Below, in pieces: positions 11,805-23,221 of a stretch of 64,000 nucleotides of DNA; position 1 is the stretch's first letter, and each line of letters starts with the position of its first letter. Location of the stretch: contig OZ024741.1 in assembly GCA_964016885.1 (NCBI GenBank), positions 202,492,001-202,556,000 of the forward strand, given 5' to 3'. Origin of the DNA: Eledone cirrhosa. Its lineage: Eukaryota. Under the pieces are notes generated by a model. That model had not been told where the DNA came from. It did not search any database and worked only from the letters and a program-made list of their open reading frames with translations. A program made the position numbers and the translations under genes.

Positions 11805-12171
11805 CCCTTTCTTTACCACATTTCTAAGGAAATTCACTGCCTACAGTTTCCAAATAATTTTGAAAATCAATAACTAATTTCATATTTATTTGGTGGTTGG
11901 AACATAACTTATCAAAGTGCTCTTATATAAAAATATAATTGTTTCTACTTTTGTCACAAGGCCAGCAATTACCCAGTGCATTACTGGTACTTTATTTTAT
12001 CGACCCCGTAAGGATGAAAGGCAAAGTTAACCTATATATATATATATATATATATATATAGCTCTTATATAAAAATATAATGGAGGATTTTTAGATAAAT
12101 ATAAACACCATAAATAAACAGTTTTGTGTCATAGAACCAAATTGGTTCTATGATATTTGGTTTCATGAGGG
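11805..12171. mobile_element. TTAA-type MITE (CCC...GGG ends) containing a truncated SINE at 11940-12032
   Basis: (A)TAACCCTTT...GAGGGTTAA ends; related ends at ~49935 and ~52230; SINE plus (TA)n flanked by a 21-bp duplication GCTCTTATATAAAAATATAAT. Confidence 0.55.
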
Positions 12172-12920
12172 TTAAGCAAAGTTAGACATTTCTTTAAAAT
12201 GTCCTTGTTTAAAAAATAATGTATATAGTATTATATTGACACAGTATTGTGATGATTGGTGATACACCATACTATAAAAAACCTGCTCACCAATACATTT
12301 TGATAACTGGTGACTCTCCATGCTAGAAAAGTACATACTGTAGAAGCACTGACTCTAAATGTGAGATATTGGAGACATGGAATTAAGGGGTCCAATTTTG
12401 CTTCCAGTGAACAGTATAACCTAATAGAATGTACTTGATACCCCCTGTAACCAAGTCGACATGGTGGAGAGGACCATTTGGCCTTGTCAAGGACTTGACA
12501 AAGTCTCCAGTACTAGTGCTACGATAAAATGCTACCAGTAAATCTGTAAAGTATAAAATGCTCCCAGTACACTCTGTAAAATATAAAATGCTCCCAGCTA
12601 CGCTAAACATCATCAGCATCATCATTGTATGCCTACTTTCTTCTTTGGTAAGGTTTGTGTGGGTCATCAAGGTTGAAGACAAGACTGATAGGAGAACCAC
12701 ATCTTCTTCATACATTTAATATTTAACATGATTTTTGCAGCTAGGAACATTTTATTGTTGTACCAGAACTGCTACTTTGTAGAGTCAAATGGGTGCATTT
12801 TATTGTTGTGGCAGCAACACTAACATCACCAGAACTAGAGACGTGGTCATATACTCAGCTTAACTAAGGGTCCTCTTTACACTATATTTTCTTTGTTCCA
12901 TCAAATCCAATTAATCCATA

Positions 12921-13249
12921 AAATATCATATGTCAGAACTACCATTGTATTGACTTTACAAAACATCAATGAAGTTGATAGAGACAATGTGAAACTGACT
13001 TCAGTATTTTGCCTTATGTAGTTTTGGAATCATTGTGAGTTGAATTTATTTTAAGCTAATATAAAAACAAAGTACCAGTCTTCTCTTTATTATAAACCTC
13101 TAGGCCATACCATAATTTTAAGTGGTCTTAAATTCAACTCAATGATTCCAAAACTACATAAGGTAAAATACTGAAGTTAGTTTCACATTGTCTCTATCAA
13201 CTTCCTTGATGTTTTGTAAAGTCAATACAATGGTAGTTCTGACATATTT
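12921..13249. repeat. Long inverted repeat / foldback element, ~125-bp arms, ~80-bp spacer (copy 38576-38909)
   Basis: ATATGTCAGAACTACCATTGTATTGAC...GAGTTGAATTTA is the near-perfect reverse complement of TAAATTCAACTC...GTCAATACAATGGTAGTTCTGACATAT. Confidence 0.9.
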
Positions 13250-13319
13250 GTCTCTTGAAACTCCTGTATGCTGATAACCTTATTCAGTAGTTTCAGATAT
13301 GGAAGCAAAATAAGAAATG

Positions 13320-14487
13320 TCATCATCATCATCGATTAACATCTATCTTCCACACTAGCATGGGTTAGATAATTCCCATTTAGAGGCAAGTTGTCTCGTG
13401 TGACTGTTTCTCGCTCATATAGGGGTGGTTCTGGCTGGATGCCCTTCGTAACGCCAACCACACTGACAGTGTGGGTTGGGTGCTTTTTGCCGTGTCTTTT
13501 AGACGTCCACTTTACAGTGTGGGCTGGGTACTTTTTGCTGTGTCTTTTACGCGTCCACTTTACAGTGTGGGCTGGGAGAGGGGACCTGACATATGCTTCA
13601 GCTTGTGCTCGTGGGAAGTCGGGTCTTCTGTATTACTGTATATCGCCAGAGATCCCGGTCATGTGTCATCTCATCTGAGAGTTACAATTGGGCAAGGCCA
13701 GCTTTTATCACCTCATCCCAGGTATCCTGGGTCTCCCCACTCCAAGGCATCCAACAACTTTGAGCACTCTGCACTTTTTTATGCAGCTGTCATATGCAAC
13801 ACATGTCCATACCAATGCAATCTCCCCTCCAGCACACAGCATTTGATTCTTCTTATGCCTAGTTTCTCTCTCAGTTCATTTATGCGTTGCTGTTCTCGCA
13901 TATTACTATTACACATCCATCGCAACAAGCAGGCTTCATTTCTTTCCAATCTATGCAAGTCTTCTGCACACAGCGCCCAAGTCTCACTACTATGTAACAT
14001 AGCTGTACATGCGTACGCATCATACTGTCTGCCTTTCATTCTGAGGGAGAAGCCTTTTGTAGCCAGCAGTGGTAGTAGCTCCCTGAACTTCTTCCACCCC
14101 GTTCTTACTCTGGCTACTGTACTTTCAGAACACCCACCACCACTGCTAATTTGTCACCTAAGTAGCAGAAGCTATCTACTGTTTCTACAGAGCCCTCTGA
14201 GAATTTAGTAGCACTTGTTTCCTTGTTACTGTTCCAGTGCAACTGCCATATGTAAAGCCTACATTCTTTGCTAAACTTCCTGAGATCCCACATTCTGCAT
14301 ATTGGGCAGAGGATGGAATTTCTACCAACGCCTTCCCTACATACTGGACAAAGTCATCTCCCTGAGGGGATCTGGATTCTGTTTTCTCTTCTACTTACTA
14401 TGACCTTAGTCTTTGTCAGGTTGATTTTAAGACCCCTTCTTTCTAGGCCCTGCTTCCATGTTTGGAATTGCTTCTCTAGTTCCATCA
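13320..14487 (-). mobile_element. Decayed RTE-clade LINE, cut by the duplication junction
   Basis: Peptide MLHSSETWALCAEDLHRLERNEACLLRWMC; (CAT)n tail at 13320; the same element continues to ~41750 in copy 2. Confidence 0.85.
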
Positions 14488-14494
14488 TCTAGTT

Positions 14495-14830
14495 ATCAGC
14501 TGGATAATGATAGACGGCATGACTATCTTCCCGTTCCGTATTGGTAAACCCCTCATCTGGGATACCACATGCAGTGGCACTTTCTCCAGAGGCAACCTGG
14601 CACAGTCTGGAACTAATATAGGCTCTGCTGCACTTCGGGCCGAGGAGGGTAGACTCTCCAAATATCGGACACTCTCCGACAGGTTTGCGGTCGAGCCCGT
14701 AACAATGGAAACTTCTGGTGTCCTTGGCCCTAGGATCATCTCCCTCTCACCACCATCGGCATGGAGTTGGCTATCCGCAGGTGTGATCCTCGCGAGGTGG
14801 AATGGTTCTTCCAGCGCGACTCCCCCATCC
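14495..14830 (+). mobile_element. Fragment of a restriction-like-endonuclease non-LTR retrotransposon (CRE-like)
   Basis: DGMTIFPFRIGKPLIWDTTC...AEEGRLSKY...PVTMETSGVLGP resembles the PDG-x-WD...KY...P-x-ET-x-G RLE motif. Confidence 0.7.
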
Positions 14831-15671
14831 TTCTCCCTTGAAACGCCTTCTCTATTCTGTACGGCGGGGCTGCGGGCGGCCAGCACGTGGACTACCAATT
14901 GCTTATAATAGTGGGAGATGGAGAGCGCAAGAGACGAAGGCAGTGAGTGAAAGAGAGAACGTCAACACGCACTCGATAAGGCAACGGTAGATATTATTTA
15001 CCTAATTGTTTATCAACAAGAGCCAGGGTCAAACATACGATTAAGTGGGTCTGTTCATTCCTGAGGATAATTGTATGTTGCTTTTTCAAGAGTACGCAGA
15101 CAGTTAGATGTAACAATTAAAGTATTGAACACTGATAGGCGAGGTAATAAAACTGTGACAAAGAACATCGTATGCAAAGAGAGATTAATATAATTCTGAG
15201 TTAAAGAGTTGCAAGTTGCAATGGGACTGAAACTATCACGTAGATATAAACATTCTGTATATTCTCTATATCGTTTTGTGTAAATTAATCGTATAAAAAG
15301 TAAAGTAATTACGATAAAATATTGTGTATTAAAGAATATGCAATTATATGATGATCTTGCAGCTTCAATAGAATTTACTACTAACGAATGATATGTATAG
15401 AATAGATTTTTTTATGTATTTCATTTTCACTTAGAGGCGAAGAAAAATTAATAAGGTAGAAAAGTAAGAAAAAGTAAGGTAGAAAAAAAAATACATGTAG
15501 GTAATACACAAGTCTTGGACCACATCAAAACAACCGAAACGGGTGGACAAACGAACCGCTGCAGAGGTTGTTATTGTATATTTTATTGTACAAGCAATAA
15601 TAAGATTTATATGCAATGAAAATGCAAACCATCCTTTGTTTCTGAAATAGCTCCTCTTAATTTATTTCGTT

Positions 15672-15698
15672 CCGTGGAATTTCCACGGTTACTGCTAG
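15672..15698 (+). mobile_element. Helitron-type 3' terminus
   Basis: Perfect hairpin CCGTGGAA-T-TTCCACGG followed after 6 nt by CTAG|T. Confidence 0.6.
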
Positions 15699-15760
15699 TT
15701 TTAATTATTTGATGACATTTTTAGTGAGTAGTCACAAGTAGCTTTGGCAACCCTTACCTG

Positions 15761-16021
15761 TGTTGCAGTACGTCTGTAATAAAATGACAATATATTTAAA
15801 CTGACCAATGAAAATCTAATAATTCCATTTCTGCCATTCTCTCTATTCCGGAAGTAGCAATTTTAGGCAATTTGTCAGCTTCAATTGTTAATCACATTTT
15901 GGTTTGCTTTATTTTTTATTTTTAAAAAATGTATTAAATTGTGAAGCCAAATAAGAGTAGTCAGTTTCACAGACGACGGTCTTCTACATAGTTTTCCTCT
16001 ACCAAATTTCATGCACAAGGT
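15761..16021 (+). promoter_or_regulatory. Putative promoter and first non-coding exon of ZNF gene 2
   Basis: Homologous to 44483-44711 upstream of gene 3; CTGACCAAT box (15801-15809), TTCCGGAAGT ETS-like site (15846-15855), donor CACAAG|GTATAT at 16020. Confidence 0.55.
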
Positions 16022-16571
16022 ATATTTCATTTTAATACTTTACTGTTACATCAATCTATAATATGCACGTCTGTCTTGGTTGTCAAATTTATATTTTGTA
16101 AGTATAAATCATATCATTTATTATTTAAAGTGTCAACACAATATAATAAAATGCAAGTTGTTTATTATAGTCCATTTTATGAGTATATTGTACATATGAA
16201 CACAGTTTATAAAATAAATATAATTTACAAAGAGAAAAGAAAATTGAGGGGGAAAAAGCGGGCTAAGACATGAACCTTTAATTACATGAGGGAATGTTGG
16301 TGTTACGTTAAAAAAAATGTTTGAGACAGGCTAAGACAGTTACAACGTTACTGTAGGTCAGAGGTTCTCAAACCTTTTGCGTAATGCCCCCACCTCTATA
16401 GAGACCTGCCTACATGCAAAATGATATATAATAAATAAAATCGTTAATTTATATATAATAAATAATATATATACTATGTATAAATAAATATTTTGTTTTA
16501 GTAATTTATATATATGTATCCTTTGATATTCAATATACTATTATATCATATGTCTACGATACTATAATAAT

Positions 16572-16950
16572 TGTTTCTACTTTTGGCACAAAGCCAGCAA
16601 TTAATCCAGTGTATTACTGATACTTACGACCTCGTAAGGATGAAAGGCAAAGTTAACCTCGGCCTGATTTGATCTCAGACCATAAAGGGCCGTAACTCTT
16701 TGCTGCAAAGCATGGCGTCCGACCCTCTACCGATACTACCAATCCACCGCCATGTACTATAATAATATAATTTTTTCTACTTTTGGCACAAGGCCAGCAA
16801 TTACCAGTGCATTACTGGTACTTTATTTTATCGACGCCGTAAGGATGAAAAGCAAAGTTAACTTCGGCGGGATTTGATCTCAGAATGGCAAGGGGCCTAA
16901 CTCTATGCGTCAAAGCATGACGTCCGACCCTCTACCGATACTGCCATTCC
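16572..16950 (-). mobile_element. Two head-to-tail tRNA-derived SINEs
   Basis: Two copies (16572-16752, 16772-16950) of the 7901-8075 family; TACTATAATAAT duplicated around the first. Confidence 0.85.
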
Positions 16951-16975
16951 AATAATAATATTATAATATTATAAA

Positions 16976-18503
16976 CTAGCAGTGGTACCCGGCGTTGCAC
17001 GGGATAAGGTATTTTGGAACGCGGACAGCCAACACACCTAATCGTGGGAAAACTGCATACCTCGACAATATGTAAAGAAAATAAACTGAATAAACTGAAT
17101 AGTCTGATGGCTGGATAATCTTTAAGATTTTCCTCGATGAAGCAGGAAAAATGCAGGTTTTCACCTAATGCGGGCCCTAGGGCATCAAGAAAATGAATTT
17201 TTTTTATGTGCATAATATGCCTTGAAATTTCAGGAAAATCGGCTAGACGTAACGCTTAAAAAGGGCCCCAAAAAGTTGAAAAAGTGAAGTTTTTCACCTA
17301 ATGCGGGCCCTAGGCCCTAAAAAAGTTGGATTGTCTTTGCTCACGGTATGAAGAAGAGACTGACTAATACATAGTTACAATTTCAAGGAAATCGGTCTGA
17401 CGTAACGCCTCAAAATACCCCCAAAAAGCTGAAAAAACGCAGTTTTTCACCTAATGTGGGCCCTAGGGGATCAAAAAGTTGAATTTTTTATGTGCATAAC
17501 AATCCCTGAAATATAACGCGGGCCGCCAACAGACCTAATCGTGAAAAAACTGCATGCCTGGACAATATGTAAAGAAAATAAACCGAATACTCTGATGCAA
17601 TTAGTATTAGGTATGCTTCTCCTTCCATGGGGAGAACTTGGTGCTTTTGTACTTTAATAAAGTGGCATGAGTCAGCAGGACAGATGTCACCACTTATGTC
17701 AGAGGGAAGTCTGCAATGCTTGAGCAAGGCATGAGATGCAATCGGACAGCATGTGGAGCCTTCTCGAAGGAGTCCACCGCACCTTAATAAGTAAACGCAA
17801 CTGGACAAACGTTTACCAAACTGTGGGTATAATTTAACAAATTTAAAGAGGAATGGTGCAATAAAATGGGCCCCGAGCATCTGCGCGTTCACTGGCAGCT
17901 CTAAATGAAAGGGTCGTGATCAGCTATTTCAAGGGCCCTTTAAAGGGCTGTGTAAGCCATTCACTGACACCCCAGTAAGGAGAGGTAACCATCAACAATT
18001 TCAAGTGGTGACTCTAAAAAGGGCCATGTGAGCGTTCACTGACATTTGAAGGAGGGTGTTACGGTTGCTTCCACTGGTAGCCTTTAGAATGAATCAGAAT
18101 GCGTTTGTGGTCCGTTTAACAGCCATACATTGACGCGCCGAGTGCGATGCAGACAGCCAGACATACAGACAGATATTATAAGGGTGCGTTCTGGACTAAG
18201 AGGGAATTGTGGGAAGTGACGTAATGCAGACATCAGACATAGACAAATGTTATAAGGGCGCGACGTTATATGTATGTATCTATCTAAAAAGAGAAAGACT
18301 AAGAATTATAGAGATAGATCGCTAAATTGCCTAATGCGGTCCCTAGGGCATTGAAAATTTGAAATTTTTTTTGGCTCAGAACACTGCCTGAAACAAGTAT
18401 TACATGTGTAAAGATGAAAGCAGTCGGTTGGGTGCTTCTCGAGTTTTTGGGATTCAAACTCACACACACACACAGCCAGACATCCTCAGTTTATATATAT
18501 AGA
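16976..18503 (-). mobile_element. Non-autonomous Helitron, longer variant with ~600 bp extra internal sequence
   Basis: Same termini as 8814-9672 (A|CTAGCAGTGGTACCCGGCGTTGCACGGG...TATATAGA|T on the + strand). Confidence 0.8.
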
Positions 18504-20544
18504 TGATAAATTCATAGCGTCCCCAATCCACTGCCAAAAAAGAGACTTTTCTACATATGCAAATATGCATAGATTTACAACGCATATTGGAGAACTCAAT
18601 AGTATACCATTAAAACAGCCCATCCAGATAGGTTTTTAGGGAGGGGGTTCCATGAGAATGATGAGTTTGGTGAAGTGAAAGTATCCTCTCAATCTCAGGC
18701 TGAATTGTACTAAGTCAGATCTCCATGATCCATAATTCAGAGCTTGCACTGCTGTTTCGTAAGAAGGCGAGAAACTGCACTGAATCCTCTCTCAACCAAA
18801 TATGATGTTGAAAAGGCAATGAATAGCCCTTGCGGAATTTGGGCTTCAATTCAATGTCATTTCTAACATTCCGCTCTCTTCTCCACATAGGTTAACGAAA
18901 GGGTTGACAATCCATTCAGGGACTTGAAGGGCAAACAAATCGTGAAATCGTTGCACCATATCTTTGTGCAGTTCAGTGAGCTGGGAACAAAAGACAGGCA
19001 GATATTCGTCTGGAAGTTTTCCGTCCTTTTCAAATGCAGACAAGCAAGGAAACTAGAAAAACTCCCTGCATGCATTGTTGCCCTTGTACATAAGTTTAGC
19101 TTGAAATTTTGAGATGGTTGACTTCACTTAGATGAGATTAACACCATCTCCTTGCAGCTGCTTATTCACTTCATTGAATTTAGTGAATAAGTCAGACAAG
19201 TATGCAATATCCTTCTTCATGCTTTTAAGCCTCTCACTAATTTCAAGGATGGCGGTATCAAAGAACTCCTTTACTGAATCAAACAATGTGTAAAATCGAT
19301 TGAGACAATTTCCTCTTGATAACCTCCTTACCAGCAAGTTTTGGAAATCGTCATTATTTTCAAGGCAAAGCTGTCGAAACAGACGAGAGTTCAGAGCATG
19401 AGCCTTAATTTTATTCATGTGATGACCGTGTTTAGGGAATCGTGAAGACAACCAGAGTTTTCGTGCAACAATATGCTGTTGTGAATCATGCAGCGCATCG
19501 TGAAGATATCAGATAGACTGACTTTGAGATAATTGCCAAAGTAGACTCGTCTAACTGCAAGCTAAATTCTGTTTTCTTCAGAATTGTGCAGAGTTGTTCT
19601 TCGCTGTCTCCTGCCATTTCATCAACCCTCCTCTGAACAGTGCTATTACTCAGAAGAATAGCTTTGATAATTGGCTCTGGTGCCCTGTGTACCACTGTCT
19701 TTATGACTTCTGGAAAATTAGCTGTACTCCTTTTGTGTGAGGTCTGTGGATTTCACAATTAGAAGTGAGAAGTGTGCAAACTATCATTAAACTGATTGTA
19801 TGAACTTTTGAATGTTTTCAGCTTGTAAATATTATCTAGAAGAGATTGAAAACACCTTGCTCAAATGTTCCTGAAGCTTTGATGGTTTCATCGCTTCATT
19901 TATAAAGGTCTTTTTGCAAAGTAGACACTATGGTTGCTGTTGGTTATGTGGAGCTGCAATAGACCCATACTTCAGGTAGTCAACACTATACTGCCTACAC
20001 TTTTTTAGACAGGGTTGATGAAGCCATAGTTTTGTTCTGAAAAGATAATACACAGCAAATCCTCAATTTTACATGTCAAAGCTGGCTTGGCACATGTAAT
20101 TTGGATTGAAAAGTTATATATACAGATATTGAATTAAAAAAATCTAACCTCCCATTTTACATCTACTTTCCACACTAGCATGTGTTGGACGGATTGTCAG
20201 TCTTAGACCAAATATATCGGAGCAACCTCATCTTTCACTTCAAGTGTTTGACACTTTTTTTATACAACTCTCATTCTCCTTTTGTATCCCATGTCTATAT
20301 CAGTGCAATCATCACTCTTGCACAGTATATTCAATTAACATTTTCTCTCAACTCACTTGTGCTCTGTTGTTCACATACACTAATAGTCTGACCATTTATA
20401 CATAAATCTAACATGGAAGTATACATAATTGTAATAATAGAGATATGTATAGAAGCATATACAATAGGTATAACAAACATACATAAATCTCACTTTGGTC
20501 ATTTCAAAGCGACCTCAGTAACTATGTGAGAATGCCAAATATTA

Positions 20545-21718
20545 CAGGGATGCTTAGTTCTTTGAGGACATATCTTTTGATAGTTCTAATGTTTTTCTAA
20601 CTTGTTCTGATCATTACTTCTTTTCAGATAAAAGATGACAAACATCAAGCGAACTCAGCGAAATTAAAAGGCATATTGTAATAATTGTCTTAAAGGCAGA
20701 CCATAGTGATTTAGAGATTGCTCGGTTCTTGAAAGTTGCACGGTCGTTTGTTAAAGTTTGCTAAGAGCTGGAAGCTCCTGACAGTGATTCTGCAGCAGTA
20801 GCCAAACGTAAACTGCCTGTTGATGGTCCTAACACCATCAGAACAACCACATTTGTATGAAAGGTGCAGCAAATTATCGATAAGAATTCCAATTAGCGAT
20901 AAGAAAGTCAATTAGCGCTATTGCTAAGGAGCTTAAGGTTTCAAGGCACACTATCGGAATAATTGTGCTTGAGGACCTTCGATACAAGTCGTGTGATGCG
21001 GAGAGGCTGGTTGATGTCTACAAAGGCAAATGATAACTGTCTGTTCTGTGCAAAGAGCTTGTTGGCAAGTCGAAACATCAAAAGCTTTTTCTCTCGTGAG
21101 AAGGAATGACATGGTTGTGCAGAGACCTTTAAGATGTTCCACTGGTCATGCACACAGTTTCCAGCAGTGATGGTTCTGGGAGTCATGAGTAATAAGAGAG
21201 ATGTCAAACTTCCTTACTTCTTTCCTTAAGGCTCAAGGGTCAATACTACTGACTATAAGATGTTGGAGAGGGTTCTGATGCCTTGGATACAGAGCATGCA
21301 CAAAAGAAGACCGCGCACCTACCAACAGTACTGAGCTGTCTCATAAGATCAAGACAACGCAAGAATGAATGAGTTAAATCTCCATGTCATGCCAAACATA
21401 TGACCACCTGGCTCACCAGACCTGAATCCGTTGGATTACGACGTAGGGGGTGTAGTCAAGAGGGAAGTCAATCAACGCTCCCATAAAAATATAAAATCTC
21501 TGAGGTCCTCCATAACTAGCACAATGTCCAAAATAATCATCTGATTGGGACATATCAACGTTTCAAACTTCGTATTAAAGCAGTCTTCATTGAGTAGATG
21601 TGCTCAGAAAAGTTTCGAGATTATTCATGTCATTTTTTTCTGAACTAAAGAACTTCTTTCATGATTTAAGTGTCTTTTACTTAATTCATGCAAATGTCCT
21701 CAAAAAACTAAACATCAC
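20545..21718 (+). mobile_element. Tc1/mariner-superfamily fossil (maT/DD37D-like)
   Basis: TIRs GATGCTTAGTTCTTTGAGGACA / TGTCCTCAAAAAACTAAACATC; peptides SDLEIARFLKVARSFV and PPGSPDLNPLDY. Confidence 0.75.
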
Positions 21719-22479
21719 ATTTCTTCTTACGTGATGCAGTTTGCCCACATCCCTGTCACACCCATGTCTGGAGCAGAATTCAGATATTAATTCAAATGTG
21801 CCAAAATCTATTCGGGTTGAGATGCTGATCCTTGATATCATTGTTATACAGAGGAAAATATTACTTAATTTTTTATTTCAATATGAGATGATTATTTTTA
21901 AGAATAATATTACAAGTTCTAACACACACACATACACATACTCTCTCTATCTCTCTCTATATATACTGTTGTCTCCCCACACAAAACAAAGTATTAGGAA
22001 AATTGAATTACCTCAAATGTCAATCACATAAAAGATAGACGGCATGACAGGCCTTGACAATTGGAGTTGACAAGAAAAGCTCAATCTCTATTCTCTCCAA
22101 CGCTGCTGTTAAAGCTACATTATCTGCATGAGGATGATGATGATCATCATCGTTTAACATCTATCTTCCACTCTAGCATGGGTTAGATGGGTTTGTCCCA
22201 TTTGAGGCAAGTTGGTTGACCGTGTCTTGTTCCTATAGGACTGTTTCTGGTTGGTTTTCTACGGCTGGATGCCCTTCATAATGCCAACCACATTTACAGT
22301 GTGGACTGTGTTCTTTTTGTCGTGACACCTACTCGACCACTTTTGTGTATGTGCAGAAACAGTCACTTCCCAAAGGGGAGAAAACCCCACGTTAGAGCGA
22401 TGCAAGGGATACAACTGTGGATACTCAGAATACTGATAGATTATTCATGTTATTCAGTCCAGAATATTATAGATGTTCA

Positions 22480-23160
22480 TGTTAGTCAATCTGGAACTTT
22501 GTAATTACGTAACAGGTGTTTCCAGACATGTGGACAACACGAAAAAAGTTCATTCCTTGAATTAAGACAAGTGCTATTACACAAACTTCTCAGGATATTG
22601 ATTCTTTCTTCAATGCACAAGATGGATTCCCATTTACGTATAGCTCAGACTTAGTAATAACTTTCCATTGCATGGAGTAATCCAAGCCTGTGTCCTTGAG
22701 GGACCATACATGGCTCGCAAATTACTTTTCTAGTAGCATGATTTCTTTTCTTATTGTTGTTGGCGTTAGTAGGGGAGTAAGCAATTGGTTGCGAAAAGCT
22801 GCTGTTAATGCCGCGTTGTAGTAGGGTGCTGCTCTGTCAAAGATTGTTTTATTAGAGAAAAGGTTAGAGATTCTAGTGCCAATATTTTTCACGAAGTTTC
22901 TAAAAACTGTAGGTGGGTGGCATGAGTCCTTGTGTATGTAATTTAGTTTATTAAAGGGTCTTAAGGTGTGTGTGTAAAGATCTGAATTTATGTCTAAGTA
23001 ATCTACTCATTAAAAGTAGTAATTAAATCTTTTTTAAAACGGTTCAGATCATGACAACTTATATGGTTCGATAGGGTCAGACCATCGTCACGGTATGAGC
23101 CTGTGTGGAAGTTCGGGAATCTAGTTCGTAACATCTAAAATAAGTAAGCCAACCAAGTCG
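22480..23160 (-). mobile_element. Penelope-like element with internal deletion (RT end joined to the GIY-YIG C-terminus)
   Basis: 22719-23160 equals 228-670; 22490-22718 translates to SHVWSLKDTGLDYSMQWKVI...LNSRNELFSCCPH. Confidence 0.75.
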
Positions 23161-23183
23161 CATACATATATATATATGAAGTC

Positions 23184-23218
<35 letters not shown>

Positions 23219-23221
<3 letters not shown>

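Larger units (their letters stand above)
228..14487 (+). repeat. Tandem segmental duplication, copy 1 (begins upstream of window); matches 22719-40120
   Basis: Colinear near-identity with 22719-40120 apart from a few indels and TE insertions; identity stops abruptly after ...CTAGTTCCATCAT at 14488. Confidence 0.95.
16359..20027 (-). mobile_element. hAT (Buster/Charlie-like) transposon fossil with nested SINEs and a Helitron
   Basis: Minus-strand peptides CRQYSVDYLKYG, LSNSTVQRRVDEMA...FSLQLDEST and NKIKAHALNSRLFRQLC; TIR-like CAGAGGTTCTCAAACC at 16359 preceded by CTGTAGGT (NNNTANNN); other TIR not found. Confidence 0.85.

Noticed and set aside
13455-13575. Spaced short palindromic repeats (CCACTTTACAGTGTGG) resembling a CRISPR array
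   Set aside because: Eukaryotic context, spacers similar to each other, no cas genes; these are RTE 3' UTR repeats.
18650-20027. Domesticated ZBED/SCAND3-like host gene
   Set aside because: Multiple stops, frameshifts and deletions plus a TIR; it is a hAT fossil.
14488-22718. Idea that this 8.2 kb is a foreign insert between two 14-kb direct repeats
   Set aside because: The Penelope element continues across 22718 (internal deletion only) and the segment holds the ZNF promoter paralog, so it most likely belongs to the duplicated unit.
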